From: an uncultured Actinomycetes bacterium
GTDB lineage: Bacteria > Actinomycetota > UBA4738 > HRBIN12
Length of the DNA stretch: 64,000 nt
NCBI GenBank assembly: GCA_963714865.1
Contig: CAVQPR010000001.1
Location: forward strand, 2,387,560 to 2,451,559
Direction of reading: 5' to 3'
Below are positions 31,570 through 43,182 of the stretch, one piece after another. The first letter of the stretch is position 1; each line of letters starts with the position of its first letter. The position numbers and the translations under genes are program-made. Below the pieces are notes generated by a model. The model was not told the origin of the DNA and ran no database searches. It worked only from the letters and a program-made list of their open reading frames with translations.

Positions 31570-32151
31570 TTAGCCGTTGCTGCCGACGCCCCCCGTCGGG
31601 AGCGTTGGAGCGATCGGCGCCGGGACCTTGCCCGTGCCGTTGAACGGGACGAACATCGCGAACAGGTTCGTGTTGTCGAAGAAGTCGTCCGTGTTGGGGT
31701 TCCCCCAGAACTCGACCGTGTGAACGCCCGGGGCGACGGGCCATGCGACCGATGTCGCGCAGTCCATCTCGTTCTGACCGTTGGTGCCATCGAACTGGAT
31801 CTGGCGGTTCGTCGAATCCAGCTCGGTGCCGTCCAACTCGATCCAACAGAACGGGCTGCTGGTGCCGCCGGCCGTGTACTGACCGTATGCGTCCGTCGTC
31901 GCGACGATCACGAGGTACCCCTTCTTCGGCGCCGTGATCTTCACCTTGCGGGCGATCTGGTCGGTGCCGTCGCCGATGATCGCGTTGTTGGCCTTCGAGC
32001 TGGCGGACACGCGGGCCAGCTGGTTGGCGTGGTACCCGTCCACCTTGTGCGCGTTGGCGACGATCGCCATGGCGGTACCACCGCTCGCCACCATCGCCAC
32101 CACCGCGGCCACGATCACCGTGGTCAGGTGCTTCCGTAGCGGTTCCCTCAT
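31570..32151 (-). CDS. Hypothetical membrane-anchored or secreted protein, function unknown
   Basis: ORF 31570..32190, likely start ATG 32151. MREPLRKHLTTVIVAAVVAMVASGGTAMAIVANA is the anchor. HKVDGYHANQL follows, then an Asn/Thr/Gly/Asp-rich beta-type region with 2 Cys. It looks less GC-rich than its neighbours. Confidence 0.65.
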   Translation of the reverse strand: MREPLRKHLTTVIVAAVVAMVASGGTAMAIVANAHKVDGYHANQLARVSASSKANNAIIGDGTDQIARKVKITAPKKGYLVIVATTDAYGQYTAGGTSSPFCWIELDGTELDSTNRQIQFDGTNGQNEMDCATSVAWPVAPGVHTVEFWGNPNTDDFFDNTNLFAMFVPFNGTGKVPAPIAPTLPTGGVGSNG

Positions 32152-32254
32152 CGTCCCTCCCCGTCGGTCGACATCGTGTCGACCCATCACCGCATCCTCT
32201 CCGACACGGCGGGACGAATCCAGCTCATCGAGGGCTCGAGGTGCGGGCTCAGCG

Positions 32255-32284
32255 TTGACCCTTTGGCACTCTCGTGGCTATCCT
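32255..32284 (+). promoter_or_regulatory. Candidate housekeeping-sigma promoter of groES-groEL (TTGACC-N18-TATCCT)
   Basis: TTGACC at 32255-32260 and TATCCT at 32279-32284, immediately upstream of CIRCE. Confidence 0.55.
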
Positions 32285-32285
32285 G

Positions 32286-32312
32286 TTAGCACTCGTAGTC
32301 AGTGAGTGCTAA
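32286..32312 (+). promoter_or_regulatory. CIRCE operator (HrcA binding site)
   Basis: TTAGCACTC-gtagtcagt-GAGTGCTAA is a perfect match to the TTAGCACTC-N9-GAGTGCTAA consensus. It lies 29 nt upstream of the groES ATG. Confidence 0.93.
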
Positions 32313-32340
32313 CGGCACGACCCAAGGAGGGACAACGCAC

Positions 32341-34331
<1,991 letters not shown>

Positions 34332-34359
34332 TCTGAGTCAGACTACTGGCGACACCAGA

Positions 34360-34382
34360 GGGCGGGGCCGAAGGCCCCGCCC
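34360..34382 (+). terminator. 10-bp GC hairpin downstream of groEL (terminator-like, no U-tract)
   Basis: GGGCGGGGCC-gaa-GGCCCCGCCC, 29 nt after the groEL stop. Confidence 0.5.
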
Positions 34383-34418
34383 TCGTCGCGTCTCGGGGTT
34401 CGTCCTACACTGCACGGC

Positions 34419-35477
34419 ATGTTCGAGGAGCTGCTGAGCGACTGGGACGGGGAGCTGCTCGCGGCACGCCACGATGCGGACACGAACGCCTGGCTCCTCG
34501 TCTGCGTCCACAGCACCGTGCTGGGTCCGGCGATGGGCGGCACGCGGATGAAGGTCTACGCGACGCCGCACGATGCCCTGCGCGACGGGCTCCGCCTCGC
34601 CCAGGCCATGAGCATGAAGCAGGCCGCGGCCAACCTCCCGTTCGGCGGGGGCAAGGCCGTCCTGGCCGTTCCCGAGATCCCGGCGACCGGCTCCGTCGGG
34701 CGCCGGTCCCTACTCGAGGCCTACGCGGCCCTCGTCGATTCCCTTCACGGCACCTACATCACGGCCGCCGACATGAATACGTCGCCGTCCGATCTGGACG
34801 TGATCGGGGAGCGAACTCCCCATGTGATGGGCCGCAGCCCCGAGCGGGGTGGCTCGGGGGACTCCGGCGGCGATACCGCGGTAGGCGTGTTCCACGGGCT
34901 GCGTGCCGCGGTCCGCCACGCGTTCGGAAGCGCCGATCTCACCTCGCGGTCGATCGTCGTGCAGGGAGTGGGGTCGGTGGGGGGCCGCCTCGCGCGGATG
35001 CTGCGAGAGGCGGGGGCAACGCTGATCCTGTCCGACATCGACGCCGGACGCGCCGGCTCGCTGGCGAGCGAGCTCGGGGCCACCACCGTGCCGGCCGGCG
35101 ACGAGGTCGCCACGCCCTGCGACGTCTTCTCGCCCTGCGCCACGGGCGGGGTGCTCGGCGCCGATGCGATCGGCACCCTGCGGTGCCGGGTGGTCGCCGG
35201 CGGCGCGAACAATCAGCTCGCGACGCCGGCCGACGGCGATCGCCTCGCCGAGGCGGGCATCCTCTACGCACCGGACTACGTGATCAACGCCGGCGGCGTG
35301 ATCCACCTCGCGGGCTACGAGACCCTCGGGTGGGACGAGGCCCGGGTGGCGGCCCGGCTGGCAGGCATCGGCGAGACGCTGGCCGAGGTGTTCGCCGCGG
35401 CGGAACGTGACGGGGTGAGCACCGCGGCGGCCGCCGACCGTCTGGCGACGGAGCGGATCGAGGCGGGACGCCACTAG
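34419..35477 (+). CDS. Glu/Leu/Phe/Val dehydrogenase family protein (leucine/valine dehydrogenase-like)
   Basis: ORF 34419..35477. GPAMGGTRM...MSMKQAAANLPFGGGKAVL...VQGVGSVGGRLA is the Rossmann motif. Confidence 0.85.
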   Translation: MFEELLSDWDGELLAARHDADTNAWLLVCVHSTVLGPAMGGTRMKVYATPHDALRDGLRLAQAMSMKQAAANLPFGGGKAVLAVPEIPATGSVGRRSLLEAYAALVDSLHGTYITAADMNTSPSDLDVIGERTPHVMGRSPERGGSGDSGGDTAVGVFHGLRAAVRHAFGSADLTSRSIVVQGVGSVGGRLARMLREAGATLILSDIDAGRAGSLASELGATTVPAGDEVATPCDVFSPCATGGVLGADAIGTLRCRVVAGGANNQLATPADGDRLAEAGILYAPDYVINAGGVIHLAGYETLGWDEARVAARLAGIGETLAEVFAAAERDGVSTAAAADRLATERIEAGRH

Positions 35478-35872
35478 ACGATCGGCTGCTCGCGCTCCGC
35501 GGCGGCCAGCCCGAGCAGCACGGCGGCCCCGACCGCGGCGTTCAGCGCGGCAAGAGCCCACCAGGGCCAGGCGGCGGCGTCCTCGGGGAGCCCGACGATG
35601 GCGTGCAGCGCCAACACCGTGGCGATCCCGACCTCGAGCACGGCGAACGCCCACGTCCACCACCACAGGTCGCTCAGGCGCTGCGCGACGAGGATCATCA
35701 GCAGGGCGAGCACGAGCCCCATCACCCCGACGACCTGTTGCCAGACGTGGTCGCCGAGCGGCGGTTGGGCCAGGGCGGTTTCGAGCAGCCACGCCGGGGC
35801 GACGATCAGCCACAGGCTCCAGATCAGCCAGAGCGCGGCCTGCACATGCAGTGTTCTTCGCAGGAACTTCAC
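35474..35872 (-). CDS. Hypothetical 4-TM membrane protein (about 132 aa)
   Basis: C-terminal part of ORF 35474..36208 from GTG 35872. VKFLRRTLHVQAALWLIWSLWLIVAPAWLL...WWWTWAFAVLEVGIATVLAL...WWALAALNAAVGAAVLLGLA. The upstream part of that ORF looks non-coding. Confidence 0.55.
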   Translation of the reverse strand: MKFLRRTLHVQAALWLIWSLWLIVAPAWLLETALAQPPLGDHVWQQVVGVMGLVLALLMILVAQRLSDLWWWTWAFAVLEVGIATVLALHAIVGLPEDAAAWPWWALAALNAAVGAAVLLGLAAAEREQPIV

Positions 35873-36002
35873 AGCCCCGCATCTTCCCAGCTGGGTCGGG
35901 GTTCTGACCGGGTTGATACGATGCCCGGACCGCGGAGGACCAGGCCGGTTCAGCGCGCCCGGTTCCGCCGAGAGGGAAGGTCCAACCGGAAGGACACACG
36001 GT

Positions 36003-37400
36003 ATGCAGCAAGGCCCCAGGGTCGCGGTCATCGGCCTCGATTGCGGCACCCCGAAGCTCCTGTTCGACGACCTCCACGACGAGGTCCCCAACCTCGCCAA
36101 GCTGATGGGCGAGGGCATGTACGGCGATCTCGCATCCATCACGCCGCCCATCACCGTGCCGGCGTGGGCGTGCGCGATGACCGGGCGTGTGCCCGGCCAG
36201 CTCGGCATCTACGGCTTCCGCAACCGCAAGGACACGACCTACGACGGCCTGTCGATCGCCCACTCGGGCTCGATCAAGGCGCCCGCCGTGTGGGACGCGC
36301 TGGGTGCCCAGGGCAAGCGTTCGGTCTTGATCGGCGTGCCGCCGTCGTTCCCGCCGCCCACCGAGTTCCCCGGCTGGCGGGTCGGATGCTTCCTCACTCC
36401 CCCGTCGGCCACCAGCTGGGCCTATCCGCAGGAGCTCGAGGTCGAGATCGAGGCCGAGCTCGGAGGATCGGGCGAGTACATCTTCGACATCCCGAACTTC
36501 CGGGAGGCCGGCTTCGACCATGCGCTCGATCAGGTGTTCAAGATGACCGAGCGGCGCTTCCAGGTGGGCCGCCGACTGATCAAGAACAAGCCGTGGGACT
36601 TCTTCATGATCTGCGACATCGCGCTCGATCGGCTGCATCACGTGTTCTGGCAGTACTACGACGCCCGCCACCCGCTGTACGAGCCGGGGAATCGGTTCGA
36701 GCAGGTCTTCCAGGATTACTACCGGTTCCTGGACCGCGAGGTGGGGTCGCTCCTCGAGCTCATCCCCGAGGATGCGGTCACGATGGTCATGTCGGACCAC
36801 GGCGCGCGGCCCATGATGGGCGGTCTGTGCTTCAACGACTGGCTGATCCAGGAGGGGTACCTTGCCCTGGCCGAGCCCGTCAGCGGCCCGACGCCCATCA
36901 AGGAAGCGTCCATCGACTGGGGCCGCACCGTGGCGTGGGGCGACGGTGGCTACTACGGCCGGCTCTTCCTCAACGTCAAGGGCCGCGAGCCGCAGGGCAT
37001 CCTCGAGCCCGCCCGCTACGAGGAGGTGCGCGACGAGCTGATCGCCAAGCTCGAGGCCGCGCCCGGGCCCGACGGAACTCCGCTGGGCACCAAGGTGCAC
37101 AAGCCCCAGGACATCTACCCCGAGGTGAACGGCATCGCGCCCGACCTGATCGTCTACTTCGGCGACCTGGAGTGGCGCTCGGTCGGCGCGGTGGGCAACC
37201 GCAGCCTCTACACCTACGAGAACGACACCGGCCCCGACGGGGCCAACCACGACCGCGACGGCATCTTCATCATGAAGGGCGCCCCCGGTCAGCCGACGGG
37301 ACGTGTCGAGGGGCTCAACCTCGTCGACGTCGGCCCGTCGATCCTGTCCCTGTACGGCGTCGAGGCGCTCGAGGGCGCCGTTGGAAGGAGTTTCGTGTGA
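36003..37400 (+). CDS. Alkaline-phosphatase-superfamily protein (type I phosphodiesterase / nucleotide pyrophosphatase family)
   Basis: ATG 36003 within ORF 35598..37400, 465 aa. VAVIGLDCGTP...ITPPITVPAWACAMTG...MICDIALDRLHH...VMSDHGA...GANHDRDG are metal-site-like motifs. The family call is from memory of PF01663. Confidence 0.7.
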   Translation: MQQGPRVAVIGLDCGTPKLLFDDLHDEVPNLAKLMGEGMYGDLASITPPITVPAWACAMTGRVPGQLGIYGFRNRKDTTYDGLSIAHSGSIKAPAVWDALGAQGKRSVLIGVPPSFPPPTEFPGWRVGCFLTPPSATSWAYPQELEVEIEAELGGSGEYIFDIPNFREAGFDHALDQVFKMTERRFQVGRRLIKNKPWDFFMICDIALDRLHHVFWQYYDARHPLYEPGNRFEQVFQDYYRFLDREVGSLLELIPEDAVTMVMSDHGARPMMGGLCFNDWLIQEGYLALAEPVSGPTPIKEASIDWGRTVAWGDGGYYGRLFLNVKGREPQGILEPARYEEVRDELIAKLEAAPGPDGTPLGTKVHKPQDIYPEVNGIAPDLIVYFGDLEWRSVGAVGNRSLYTYENDTGPDGANHDRDGIFIMKGAPGQPTGRVEGLNLVDVGPSILSLYGVEALEGAVGRSFV

Positions 37401-38023
37401 CCGAGCAGCAGGGCTTCACCGTCTGGTTCACCGGCCTGTCGGGATCGGGCAAGTCAACGATCGCCGAGATGCTGTACCACGAGTTCCGCTCCCGCGGCCT
37501 CAAGACCGAGATCCTCGACGGCGACGAGGTGCGCAAGAACTTGTCCAAGGGACTGGGGTTCTCCAAGGAGGACCGAGACACGAACATCCTGCGGATCGGC
37601 TTCGTCGCCGACCTGCTCACCCGCAACGGCGTGGCGACGATCTGCTGCCCGATCAGCCCGTACAAGGCCACGCGCGACGCGTGCCGCGAGACGATCGGCG
37701 AGTTCGTCGAGGTCTACGTTCACGCCACGGTCGACGAGATCGCCGCGCACCGCGACCCGAAGGGGCTGTACAAGAAGGCGCTCGCCGGCGAGATCACGGG
37801 CTTCACCGGCGTCGACGACCCGTACGAGGCGCCCGAGGACCCAGAGATCTTCATCGACACGATGGCGCAGGCTCCCGAGGAATCGCTGCAGTTCGTCCTC
37901 ACACGGCTGGCCGAGCTCGGCCGGATCGACGATGACACCGTTCACGTGGAAGGGGATCGGATCCACTCGGGCCAGACCGACCTGCGGGTCGCCGAGTCGG
38001 GACACGTCGTCAAGGAGCACTGA
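37397..38023 (+). CDS. cysC: Adenylyl-sulfate (APS) kinase with a C-terminal extension of about 35 aa
   Basis: GTG 37397 overlaps the upstream stop (GTGTGA). GFTVWFTGLSGSGKSTIA...LDGDEVRKNLSKGLGFSKEDRDTNILRIGFVADLL...PYEAPEDPEI. Confidence 0.9.
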   Translation: MTEQQGFTVWFTGLSGSGKSTIAEMLYHEFRSRGLKTEILDGDEVRKNLSKGLGFSKEDRDTNILRIGFVADLLTRNGVATICCPISPYKATRDACRETIGEFVEVYVHATVDEIAAHRDPKGLYKKALAGEITGFTGVDDPYEAPEDPEIFIDTMAQAPEESLQFVLTRLAELGRIDDDTVHVEGDRIHSGQTDLRVAESGHVVKEH

Positions 38024-38071
38024 GACGCGGGCGCGCGGGCGCTCGGTGGTAGGCTGCGGCCATGTAGGAGG

Positions 38072-38100
38072 GACGCCCATCGGTCAGACCGGTGGGCGTC
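38072..38100 (+). terminator. 13-bp hairpin downstream of cysC (terminator-like)
   Basis: GACGCCCATCGGT-cag-ACCGGTGGGCGTC, with one G.U pair. No U-tract. Confidence 0.4.
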
Positions 38101-38135
38101 TCGCGTATCCGGGGCACGGAGCGTGGGGGGAGCGG

Positions 38136-39296
38136 ATGGAGTTCGAGATCGGCATCGGCAAGACGGCTCGGCGGGCCTACGGACTCGACGAGGTGGCGAT
38201 CGTCCCGTCACGGCGCACGCGCGATCCCGAGGACGTGAGCATCGAGTGGGAGATCGACGCCTACACGTTCCCGCTCCCGATGATGGCCAGCGCGATGGAC
38301 GCCGCCGTCTCGCCGTCGACGGCGATCGCGATCGGCAAGCTGGGGGGCCTGGCGTGTCTCAACCTCGAGGGGCTGTGGACGCGCTACGAGGATCCCGAGC
38401 CGATCTACGAGGAGATCGCCTCGCTTCCCGACGAGAAGGCGACGCGCCGCATGCAGGAGCTGTACGCGGAGCCACTCAAGGAGGAGCTCATCGGCCGACG
38501 GATCGAGGAGATCACGGAGAGTGGGGTCGTCAGCTGTGCGTCCCTCACGCCCCAGCGGGTCGAACGGTACGCCAAGCTCGTGCTTGAGGCGGGCCTCGAC
38601 ATCCTGGTGATCCAGGGCACCGTCGTCTCCGGGGAGCACGTGTCGAGCCAACACGAACCGCTGAACCTCAAGGAGTTCGTCCCCTCATTCGACATCCCCG
38701 TGATCGTCGGCGGATGCGCCTCGTATTCGACGGCGCTCCACCTGATGCGCACGGGCGCCGTGGGCGTCCTCGTAGGAGTCGGTCCGGGTAACGCCTGTAC
38801 GACCCGCGGGGTCCTGGGGATCGGCGTCCCGCAGGCCACGGCGATCGCCGACGCGGCGGCTGCCCGGCGTGAGCACCTGCACGAGACCGGCCGCTACTGC
38901 CACGTGATCGCCGATGGCGGCATGCGCACCGGCGGTGACATCGCCAAGGCGATCGCCTGCGGCGCCGACGCCGTGATGATCGGCTCGCCGATGACGCGTG
39001 CGTACGAGGCGCCCGGGCGGGGGTACCACTGGGGGATGGCGACGTTCCACCCGACGCTGCCGCGCGGCGCACGCGTCAAGACCGAGCAGGAAGCCTCGAT
39101 CGAGGAGATCCTGAGCGGTCCCGCGCACGAGAACGACGGCACGTTCAACCTGTTCGGAGCGCTCGCGACGTCGATGGCGACGACCGGCTACGCCAGCATC
39201 AAGGAGTTCCAGAAGGCCGAGCTGGTGATCGCACCGTCGATCAAGAGCGAGGGCAAGTCGTATCAGACGGCGCAGCGCGTGGGGATGGGCCACTAG
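38136..39296 (+). CDS. guaB3: GuaB3-type IMP dehydrogenase-related protein (no CBS pair)
   Basis: ATG 38136 within ORF 37932..39296. GKTARRAYGLDEVAIVPSRRTRDPEDV...PMMASAMD...VGVGPGNACTTRGVLGIGVPQATAI...ADGGMRTGGDIAKAIACGADAVMIGS. It lies directly upstream of guaA. Confidence 0.85.
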   Translation: MEFEIGIGKTARRAYGLDEVAIVPSRRTRDPEDVSIEWEIDAYTFPLPMMASAMDAAVSPSTAIAIGKLGGLACLNLEGLWTRYEDPEPIYEEIASLPDEKATRRMQELYAEPLKEELIGRRIEEITESGVVSCASLTPQRVERYAKLVLEAGLDILVIQGTVVSGEHVSSQHEPLNLKEFVPSFDIPVIVGGCASYSTALHLMRTGAVGVLVGVGPGNACTTRGVLGIGVPQATAIADAAAARREHLHETGRYCHVIADGGMRTGGDIAKAIACGADAVMIGSPMTRAYEAPGRGYHWGMATFHPTLPRGARVKTEQEASIEEILSGPAHENDGTFNLFGALATSMATTGYASIKEFQKAELVIAPSIKSEGKSYQTAQRVGMGH

Positions 39297-40841
39297 GTGA
39301 CCCACGACGCGCCCCGGCCGATCCTCGTGGTCGACCTCGGGGCGCAATACGCGCAGCTGATCGCGCGGCGTGTCCGCGAGGCGCGCGTCTACTCAGAGAT
39401 CGTGGCTCACGACGTCACCGTGGACGACCTCCGGGCACGGCGGCCGGCGGGCATCATCCTGAGTGGGGGTCCGGCCAGCGTCTATGCGCCCGACGGTCCG
39501 ACGATCGATCCGGCGATCCTCGAGCTGGGCGTCCCCGTGCTCGGCATCTGCTACGGGCACCAGCTCATGGCGCGGATGCTCGGCGGCGATGTCGCCAATA
39601 CCGGTCAGCGGGAGTATGGGCGCACGGACGTGACCGTCGAGTCCGGCAGTCGGCTGCTCGCCGATCTTCCCGCCAGCGACGTCGCGTGGATGAGCCACGG
39701 CGACGCGGTCACCCGTGCTCCCGACGGGTTCGCCGTGACGGCGCGGACGGACCAGATCCCCATCGCGGCGATGGAGGATCCGGAGCGGGGGCTGTTCGCC
39801 GTCCAGTTCCATCCCGAGGTCTCGCACACGCCGCGCGGTCAGGACGTGATGAAGCGCTTCCTCTACGACGCGTGCGACGCCCGTCCCGACTGGACGCCGA
39901 CGAACATCATCGAGGACGCCGTCACCGCGATCAGGGCCCAGGTGAGCGGGGGGCAGGTGCTCTGCGCGCTGAGCGGCGGCGTCGACTCCGCGGTCGCGGC
40001 TCTGCTCGTGCACCGGGCGGTCGGCGACCAGCTGACCTGCGTCTTCGTCGACCACGGCCTCAATCGCGAGGGTGAGCCCGACGAGGTTGAGGCGACGTTC
40101 GCCCGACATTTCCACATCCCGCTCATCCACGTGAAGGCCGCGGACCGGTTCCTCACCAAGCTCGCGGGCGTCACCGACCCCGAGGACAAGCGCACGACGA
40201 TCGGCGAGGAGTTCATCCGGGTGTTCGAAGAGGTCGCAAGCGATCACAGTGGCGCGCGCTTCCTGGTGCAAGGAACGCTGTACCCCGACGTGATCGAGTC
40301 GGGGTCGGCCACGGCGGCCAACATCAAGAGCCACCACAACGTGGGAGGGCTGCCCGAGGACATGGACCTCGAGCTGGTGGAACCGCTGCGCGATCTGTTC
40401 AAGGACGAGGTCCGCCAGATCGGCGCGGAGCTCGGCCTGCCCGATGAGATCGTGCAGCGCCAGCCCTTCCCCGGGCCGGGGTTGGCGGTGCGCATCGTCG
40501 GCGAGGTAACGGCCGACAACCTCGCGATGGTGCGGGGCGCGGACGCGATCGTGCGGGCCGAGATCGCTCGGGCGGGCCTCGAGCGAGCGACCTGGCAGGC
40601 GTTCTGCGTGCTGCTCGCCGGCGTGCAGAGCGTGGGGGTGATGGGCGACGGTCGCACGTACGAGCATCCCGTCATCATCCGTGCCGTGACGAGCGAAGAC
40701 GCGATGACCGCCGACTGGGCCCGCCTGCCCGACGACGTGCTCGACACGATCTCGTCCCGCATCGTTCGCGAGGTGCCCGGCGTGAACCGCGTGGCATACG
40801 ACATCACCAGCAAGCCGCCCGGCACGATCGAGTGGGAGTAG
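39297..40841 (+). CDS. guaA: GMP synthase (glutamine-hydrolysing)
   Basis: ORF 39297..40841. [20 protein letters not shown]...GICYGHQLM...LSGGVDSAV...[10 protein letters not shown]...KPPGTIEWE. Confidence 0.96.
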   Translation: MTHDAPRPILVVDLGAQYAQLIARRVREARVYSEIVAHDVTVDDLRARRPAGIILSGGPASVYAPDGPTIDPAILELGVPVLGICYGHQLMARMLGGDVANTGQREYGRTDVTVESGSRLLADLPASDVAWMSHGDAVTRAPDGFAVTARTDQIPIAAMEDPERGLFAVQFHPEVSHTPRGQDVMKRFLYDACDARPDWTPTNIIEDAVTAIRAQVSGGQVLCALSGGVDSAVAALLVHRAVGDQLTCVFVDHGLNREGEPDEVEATFARHFHIPLIHVKAADRFLTKLAGVTDPEDKRTTIGEEFIRVFEEVASDHSGARFLVQGTLYPDVIESGSATAANIKSHHNVGGLPEDMDLELVEPLRDLFKDEVRQIGAELGLPDEIVQRQPFPGPGLAVRIVGEVTADNLAMVRGADAIVRAEIARAGLERATWQAFCVLLAGVQSVGVMGDGRTYEHPVIIRAVTSEDAMTADWARLPDDVLDTISSRIVREVPGVNRVAYDITSKPPGTIEWE

Positions 40842-40869
40842 GCGGCGTCGGCCCTTCGGTCGCCGCGCG

Positions 40870-42255
40870 TCAGTCTGCGAGGGGGAGCGTCACGATGAAC
40901 TCGCTGCCGCCCCCGGCCCGCGGCCGGTAGGCGGCCGTGCCGCCGTGGGCCCGGGCGACGGCGTCCACGATCGATAGGCCGAGTCCCGATCCCCCATCAG
41001 CTCGTGCACGGGAGGCGTCGGCGCGGTAGAAGCGCTCGAAGATCCTGTCGGCGTCGTCGTCGTCGATCCCGGGTCCCCGGTCGGCCACCAGCAGGGTCAC
41101 CGAGCCATCGGTCGCCTCGACCGATACCTCGATCTCGGTGTCGGGTGGCGTGTGAAGGCAGGCGTTCATCACGAGGTTGTCGGCCATCCGGCGCAGCTCC
41201 TCGGCGTCTCCGTCCAGGATGACCGAGGCCGTCGTGACCGAGATCGCGCGGCGGGGGAGGAGTCGCCGGGCGGCCTCCACCGACTGCCGAACCAGCCGGT
41301 CGAACGAGACGCGCTCTCGCTCCCGTGGGGGTCCCTGGTCCATACGGGCCAGCAGCAGGAGCTCATCGATCAGATCGCTCATCCTCACGCTCTCGGATTC
41401 GATGCGCGCCATGGCATCGGCCAACCGCTCGGGGTCGTCGGCCGCTCCGTGGCGGAACAGCTCCGCGTATCCCCGCACGGAGGTCAGCGGGGTACGGAGT
41501 TCGTGCGAGGCGTCGGCCACGAACCGACGCAGTCGCTCCTCGGAGGCCGTCTTGGCCGAGAACGCCTCCTCGAGGCGGCCGAGCATGCCGTTCAGGGCGA
41601 GCCCCAGGCGTCCTACCTCGGTACGGGGATCGGCGGTCCCCACGCGTTGAGACAGATCGCCGGCGGCGATGGCGCCGGCGGTCGCCTCCATGTCGGCCAG
41701 TGGCCGCAGCCCGACGCGGGTGGTCGTCCACGCGATCGCCCCGGCGGCGATCAGCGCCAGCGCGGCGACGATCAGCTCGATGCGCACCAGGCTTCTGAGC
41801 GTCTCGGAGACCTCCGTGAGCGGGATCGCGATCACCAGCGCGCCTCCCCCGATGACCGGCTCGGCCAGGACGCGGTAGCGGCTCCCGTCGGGCCCCGAGG
41901 TCGAGAACGTCGTCGACCCCGAGAGCGCTGTGAGATCGGGCAACACGGGAGGGGGAGGCTGTTCGTCCGCGAAGGTGAACACGAAACTTGCGCGTTCGGA
42001 CCCGTCGTCGCTGAGCAGGATCGCCCAGGTCCCCGCCGGAACGGGGGAGCGGGACGCGTCGAGTCGCCCCCCGATCAGCTGGAACGAGCCGGCGCGCAGG
42101 AGCCCGATGGCCGGCTCGCGCGCGGCCAACAGCTGTTGGTCGACGCGGTCCAGAAGGAACGAGCGCATCAGTCCGAAGGTGGCCACGCCGGCGATCACCA
42201 AGCCCAGGCCCGCGACGAGCAGCGTCGTCACCGTCAGCCGCGCCCGCAGCGACAC
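40870..42255 (-). CDS. Sensor histidine kinase (2 TM, HAMP, HisKA, HATPase_c)
   Basis: ORF 40870..42255. FVADASHELRTPLTSVRGYAELF is the H-box. ...DRGPGI...FERFYRAD...GGSGLGLSIVDAV. Confidence 0.92.
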   Translation of the reverse strand: MSLRARLTVTTLLVAGLGLVIAGVATFGLMRSFLLDRVDQQLLAAREPAIGLLRAGSFQLIGGRLDASRSPVPAGTWAILLSDDGSERASFVFTFADEQPPPPVLPDLTALSGSTTFSTSGPDGSRYRVLAEPVIGGGALVIAIPLTEVSETLRSLVRIELIVAALALIAAGAIAWTTTRVGLRPLADMEATAGAIAAGDLSQRVGTADPRTEVGRLGLALNGMLGRLEEAFSAKTASEERLRRFVADASHELRTPLTSVRGYAELFRHGAADDPERLADAMARIESESVRMSDLIDELLLLARMDQGPPRERERVSFDRLVRQSVEAARRLLPRRAISVTTASVILDGDAEELRRMADNLVMNACLHTPPDTEIEVSVEATDGSVTLLVADRGPGIDDDDADRIFERFYRADASRARADGGSGLGLSIVDAVARAHGGTAAYRPRAGGGSEFIVTLPLAD

Positions 42256-42256
42256 G

Positions 42257-42952
42257 CTAGGTCTCCTTGGGGAGCCGCAGGCAGTAGCCGACGCCGCGGA
42301 CGGTCTGGATCAGCTTGGGTTCGGTGGTGTCCACCTTGCGGCGGAGGTAGCTCACGTAGGTCTCGACGATGTTGGCCTCGCCCCCGAAGTCGTACTGCCA
42401 CACGTGGTCGAGGATCTGGGCCTTCGAGACGACCCTTCCTGCGTTGAGCAGCAGATATCGCAGGAGGTTGAACTCGGTGGGGGACAGCTCGATCTCCCGC
42501 GTGCCCCTGAACACCTGGTGGGCGTCCTCGTCCATCTCGAGGTCGGCGAACCGGAGGCGGCCCTCGTCCACGGCCTCACCTGCGCGTCGCAGCACCGTGC
42601 GGACGCGCGCCACGAGCTCCTCGAGGCTGAATGGCTTGGTGACGTAGTCGTCGGCGCCCATCGTGAGGCCGCGCACCTTGTCGTCGGTCGCGTCACGGGC
42701 GGTGAGATACAGGATCGGCGTGGTCGAGCCCTCTGCGCGCATCCGGCGCTGCACCTCGAACCCGTCGAGATCGGGCAGCATGACGTCGAGCACGAGCAGG
42801 TGCGGTCGAAACGCTACGACGGCGTCGAGCGCGGTCCTTCCCGAGGCGGCCACCTCGACCTCGAAGCCCTCGTAGCGCAGCACGGTCGACACGAGCTCGG
42901 TGATCGCCGCCTCGTCGTCCACGACGAGGATCCGGGAGGCTGGGGTGGTCAT
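42257..42952 (-). CDS. OmpR/PhoB-family response regulator
   Basis: ORF 42257..42952. ILVVDDE...LLVLDVMLPDLDGFEV...LTARD...KPF, followed by a winged-helix domain LSPTEFNLLRYLL...VRGVGYCL. Confidence 0.94.
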   Translation of the reverse strand: MTTPASRILVVDDEAAITELVSTVLRYEGFEVEVAASGRTALDAVVAFRPHLLVLDVMLPDLDGFEVQRRMRAEGSTTPILYLTARDATDDKVRGLTMGADDYVTKPFSLEELVARVRTVLRRAGEAVDEGRLRFADLEMDEDAHQVFRGTREIELSPTEFNLLRYLLLNAGRVVSKAQILDHVWQYDFGGEANIVETYVSYLRRKVDTTEPKLIQTVRGVGYCLRLPKET

Positions 42953-43046
42953 CTGCAGCTCGTCATGTAGCTAGCCTTCGTGAGGTGGCGCTCCGGTGGT
43001 CGGTTCCATCGGAGCAGGGCGTCCTCATATTATCCCTGAGTGTCAT

Positions 43047-43088
43047 CTGAGGGTTCCCTGTGAACTGCGACTCTCAGTGAACCCTCAG
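43047..43088. promoter_or_regulatory. Inverted repeat CTGAGGGTTC-N22-GAACCCTCAG, enclosing two GTGAAC copies, in the divergent regulator / secreted-protein intergenic region
   Basis: Arms at 43047-43056 and 43079-43088. GTGAAC occurs twice, 17 nt apart (start to start). It could be a regulator-binding site or a 5'-UTR hairpin. Confidence 0.35.
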
Positions 43089-43182
43089 GAGGCGGTGAGC
43101 CGGAGCGCAGGCGTCCCCGCCACCCTGGACAGGAGGCAGGCGCCGCGACACCCCGGGCGCCCCGAACGAACGGAGCGAGATC

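Noticed and set aside
34710-37250. Very long antisense ORFs (e.g. 34710..37250 -, 32634..34328 -, 20059..21561 -, 21447..23204 -, and the upstream 2.2 kb of 43797..46697 -)
   Set aside because: These are shadow ORFs typical of high-GC DNA. They lie opposite well-supported genes (groEL, glmS, nnr, pcrA and others) and translate to Arg/Pro/Gly/Ala-rich low-complexity sequence without recognisable motifs.
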